A DNA stretch of 64,000 bases from Chiloscyllium plagiosum (Eukaryota): the NCBI RefSeq assembly GCF_004010195.1, contig NC_057718.1, positions 27,401,088-27,465,087 on the forward strand, given 5' to 3'. The translations under genes and the position numbers were made by a program. Numbering within the stretch: position 1 is the first letter of the stretch; each line of letters begins with the position of its first letter. This document shows, in pieces, positions 62,243 through 64,000 of the stretch. The notes beneath the pieces are model-generated. The model was not told the DNA's origin and made no database searches. It saw only the letters and a program-made list of their open reading frames with translations.

Positions 62243-64000
62243 AAAAAAAAAGTGAAAATTGTAGACAGATGTATTCTATCCAGGAGTACGAGAAAAGAAG
62301 CGAAGTACAAAACAGCAAAAGAGCAAGGCACAGGCTCAGTCACAAACCAAAGAACAATAGCAAAGATTAATGCTGCAAAAGTCACAAAATTCTTGCTAAT
62401 TGATATCATGGGCAGGAACCTCTTGCTTTTACTGTTCATAGAGTCAAGTTGACTGCTAAAGAGTAGCTCAAAGGAAAAAGTCAGTTTGTGAAAGCAAAGC
62501 TGTCCATCCATCACTGCTGATGACAAAGATTTCCCTGCTAATATTAGCTATGTTAAAACACTAATGGAGATTTTTTCCAAGATTATAACAAGAAAAATGG
62601 AGAAACTTGTTCAGTGGTGGACACTGCTGGATCTGCCATGTCTTGCACTGAGTGCTACTGAAGTAGTTAGTCCTGATTAACACTTCATTATCTTCTTATG
62701 AAAGCAGACTTTACATTTACTTATATCACCTCAAACTGAAGACGTAATGTTCAGTTACTGTCTGTCTCCAGGGATTCATTCCAATAACAAATCAAAACAC
62801 CCTCTTTCAGTTTTGGCTAAGAAATTCAAGCAAATCTGACAGAGGTTACTTTTTATTTTGACTACTAGAGGTCCCACGAAAACACATGAAACCCGAAGAC
62901 CTGTATCCCATAAAAACAACAAAATGTGCCAAACCTTTGGGAGAAAGATACAAAGCAGCATATTTGCTGAGGAGCTTTCATCATGAAACAGGAGCAGAAT
63001 TGACCTTATTTGACAAGCAGCGATGCAAAGTTGTACAGAATATATCCTTGGATAAGAGTACAATAGAGAAATTATGTGAGCAATGTTCTGAAAATTAAAA
63101 ATAAATTTATGGGAAAGATTCTTTCTAGTTCTCCTTTTGTTCTTCTAAATTGCAAAATAGTTTTATCAACTACACCTCTGAAATCATTTACAAATCTGCT
63201 ATTTTAACTAATTTCCTCCTCACGTTAAAGTCATACATGTAGCAATCTTATGGATTACAATTCTCATAATCCAACTCCATCCATACTTTCCCTCAAATAT
63301 TCAGCTTTTTAAACAAGACCCTGACATCAGTACATCAGTACTTCCTATTTGCCTTTTCTTTTTGTATTCTTCTTAATCTATCTGACAATCTACACCAAGT
63401 GTTTTGGCAGCACACATAAATTTCCCAGCAAAAAGACTGCACACCACATACAAAACCAAGTGTCCAGTGTCATTTTTTTTGTAATGCAACAAAGCATTGG
63501 GCCTTCATATAGTTTAGAAAATTGATTTACCTAAGTGGATTCATAACTTATGGACCTTTATTTTAAATAAGCAGTTGACTGTCACTTACAGCGATAATTT
63601 TTACTTTGGTTAATTAGGTTATTGAAACAGACAAGTAAGGTTAAAAATGAATTATGTAAAACGATGTTGTTAATGTATTGCAGTCAGAACCATTCAAGGA
63701 CTCATTGCACATATTCTGAATCATTTTATAAACAGCCATCATTTTGTAAATCAATAAACTCGAATTTTGGCATTTTGTTAGAGACCAACAGTTGCAGAAT
63801 TTTCCCAATTCATTTTTCCAAAGATCCAGTTAATGTTTAATTCTTCAAAAATAATATCTGTGAGACTTGCACGTTTGCTTCATATTATTAATTATTCTGA
63901 AAGAAAGTTTAGCAGATAGATTCATAATGTTAAGTTGAGGGATTTGGGCAGAGGAAACACGTCGAGTACAGAGCATTTATTTACAAAATAACTGGAAGAG

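Overview
Vertebrate genomic DNA, almost certainly a shark (inferred from HE1-type V-SINEs, a DeuSINE, shark-type CR1 LINEs and Penelope-like elements). Two convergent genes are present, mostly as short exons that the ORF track misses. On the + strand is the 3' half of a glycoprotein-hormone receptor best called LHCGR: LRR exons at 4329-4397, 11639-11713 and 14303-14491, a candidate hinge exon 10 at 16363-16430, and a terminal 7TM exon at about 18968-20237. On the - strand are the last two coding exons of GTF2A1L/ALF (59114-59203 and 49336-49443). The remainder is intron and intergenic DNA rich in CR1, L1/Tx1, L2, SINE and Penelope-like (PLE) sequence, with a 490-nt assembly gap. The most striking unannotated layer is a set of minimal hammerhead-ribozyme (HHR) motifs from at least three PLE families. 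They occur as long fold-back palindromes and as 60-360 nt TSD-flanked mini-insertions whose ends map to the ribozyme. One orphan HHR motif also lies just downstream of the GTF2A1L stop codon.
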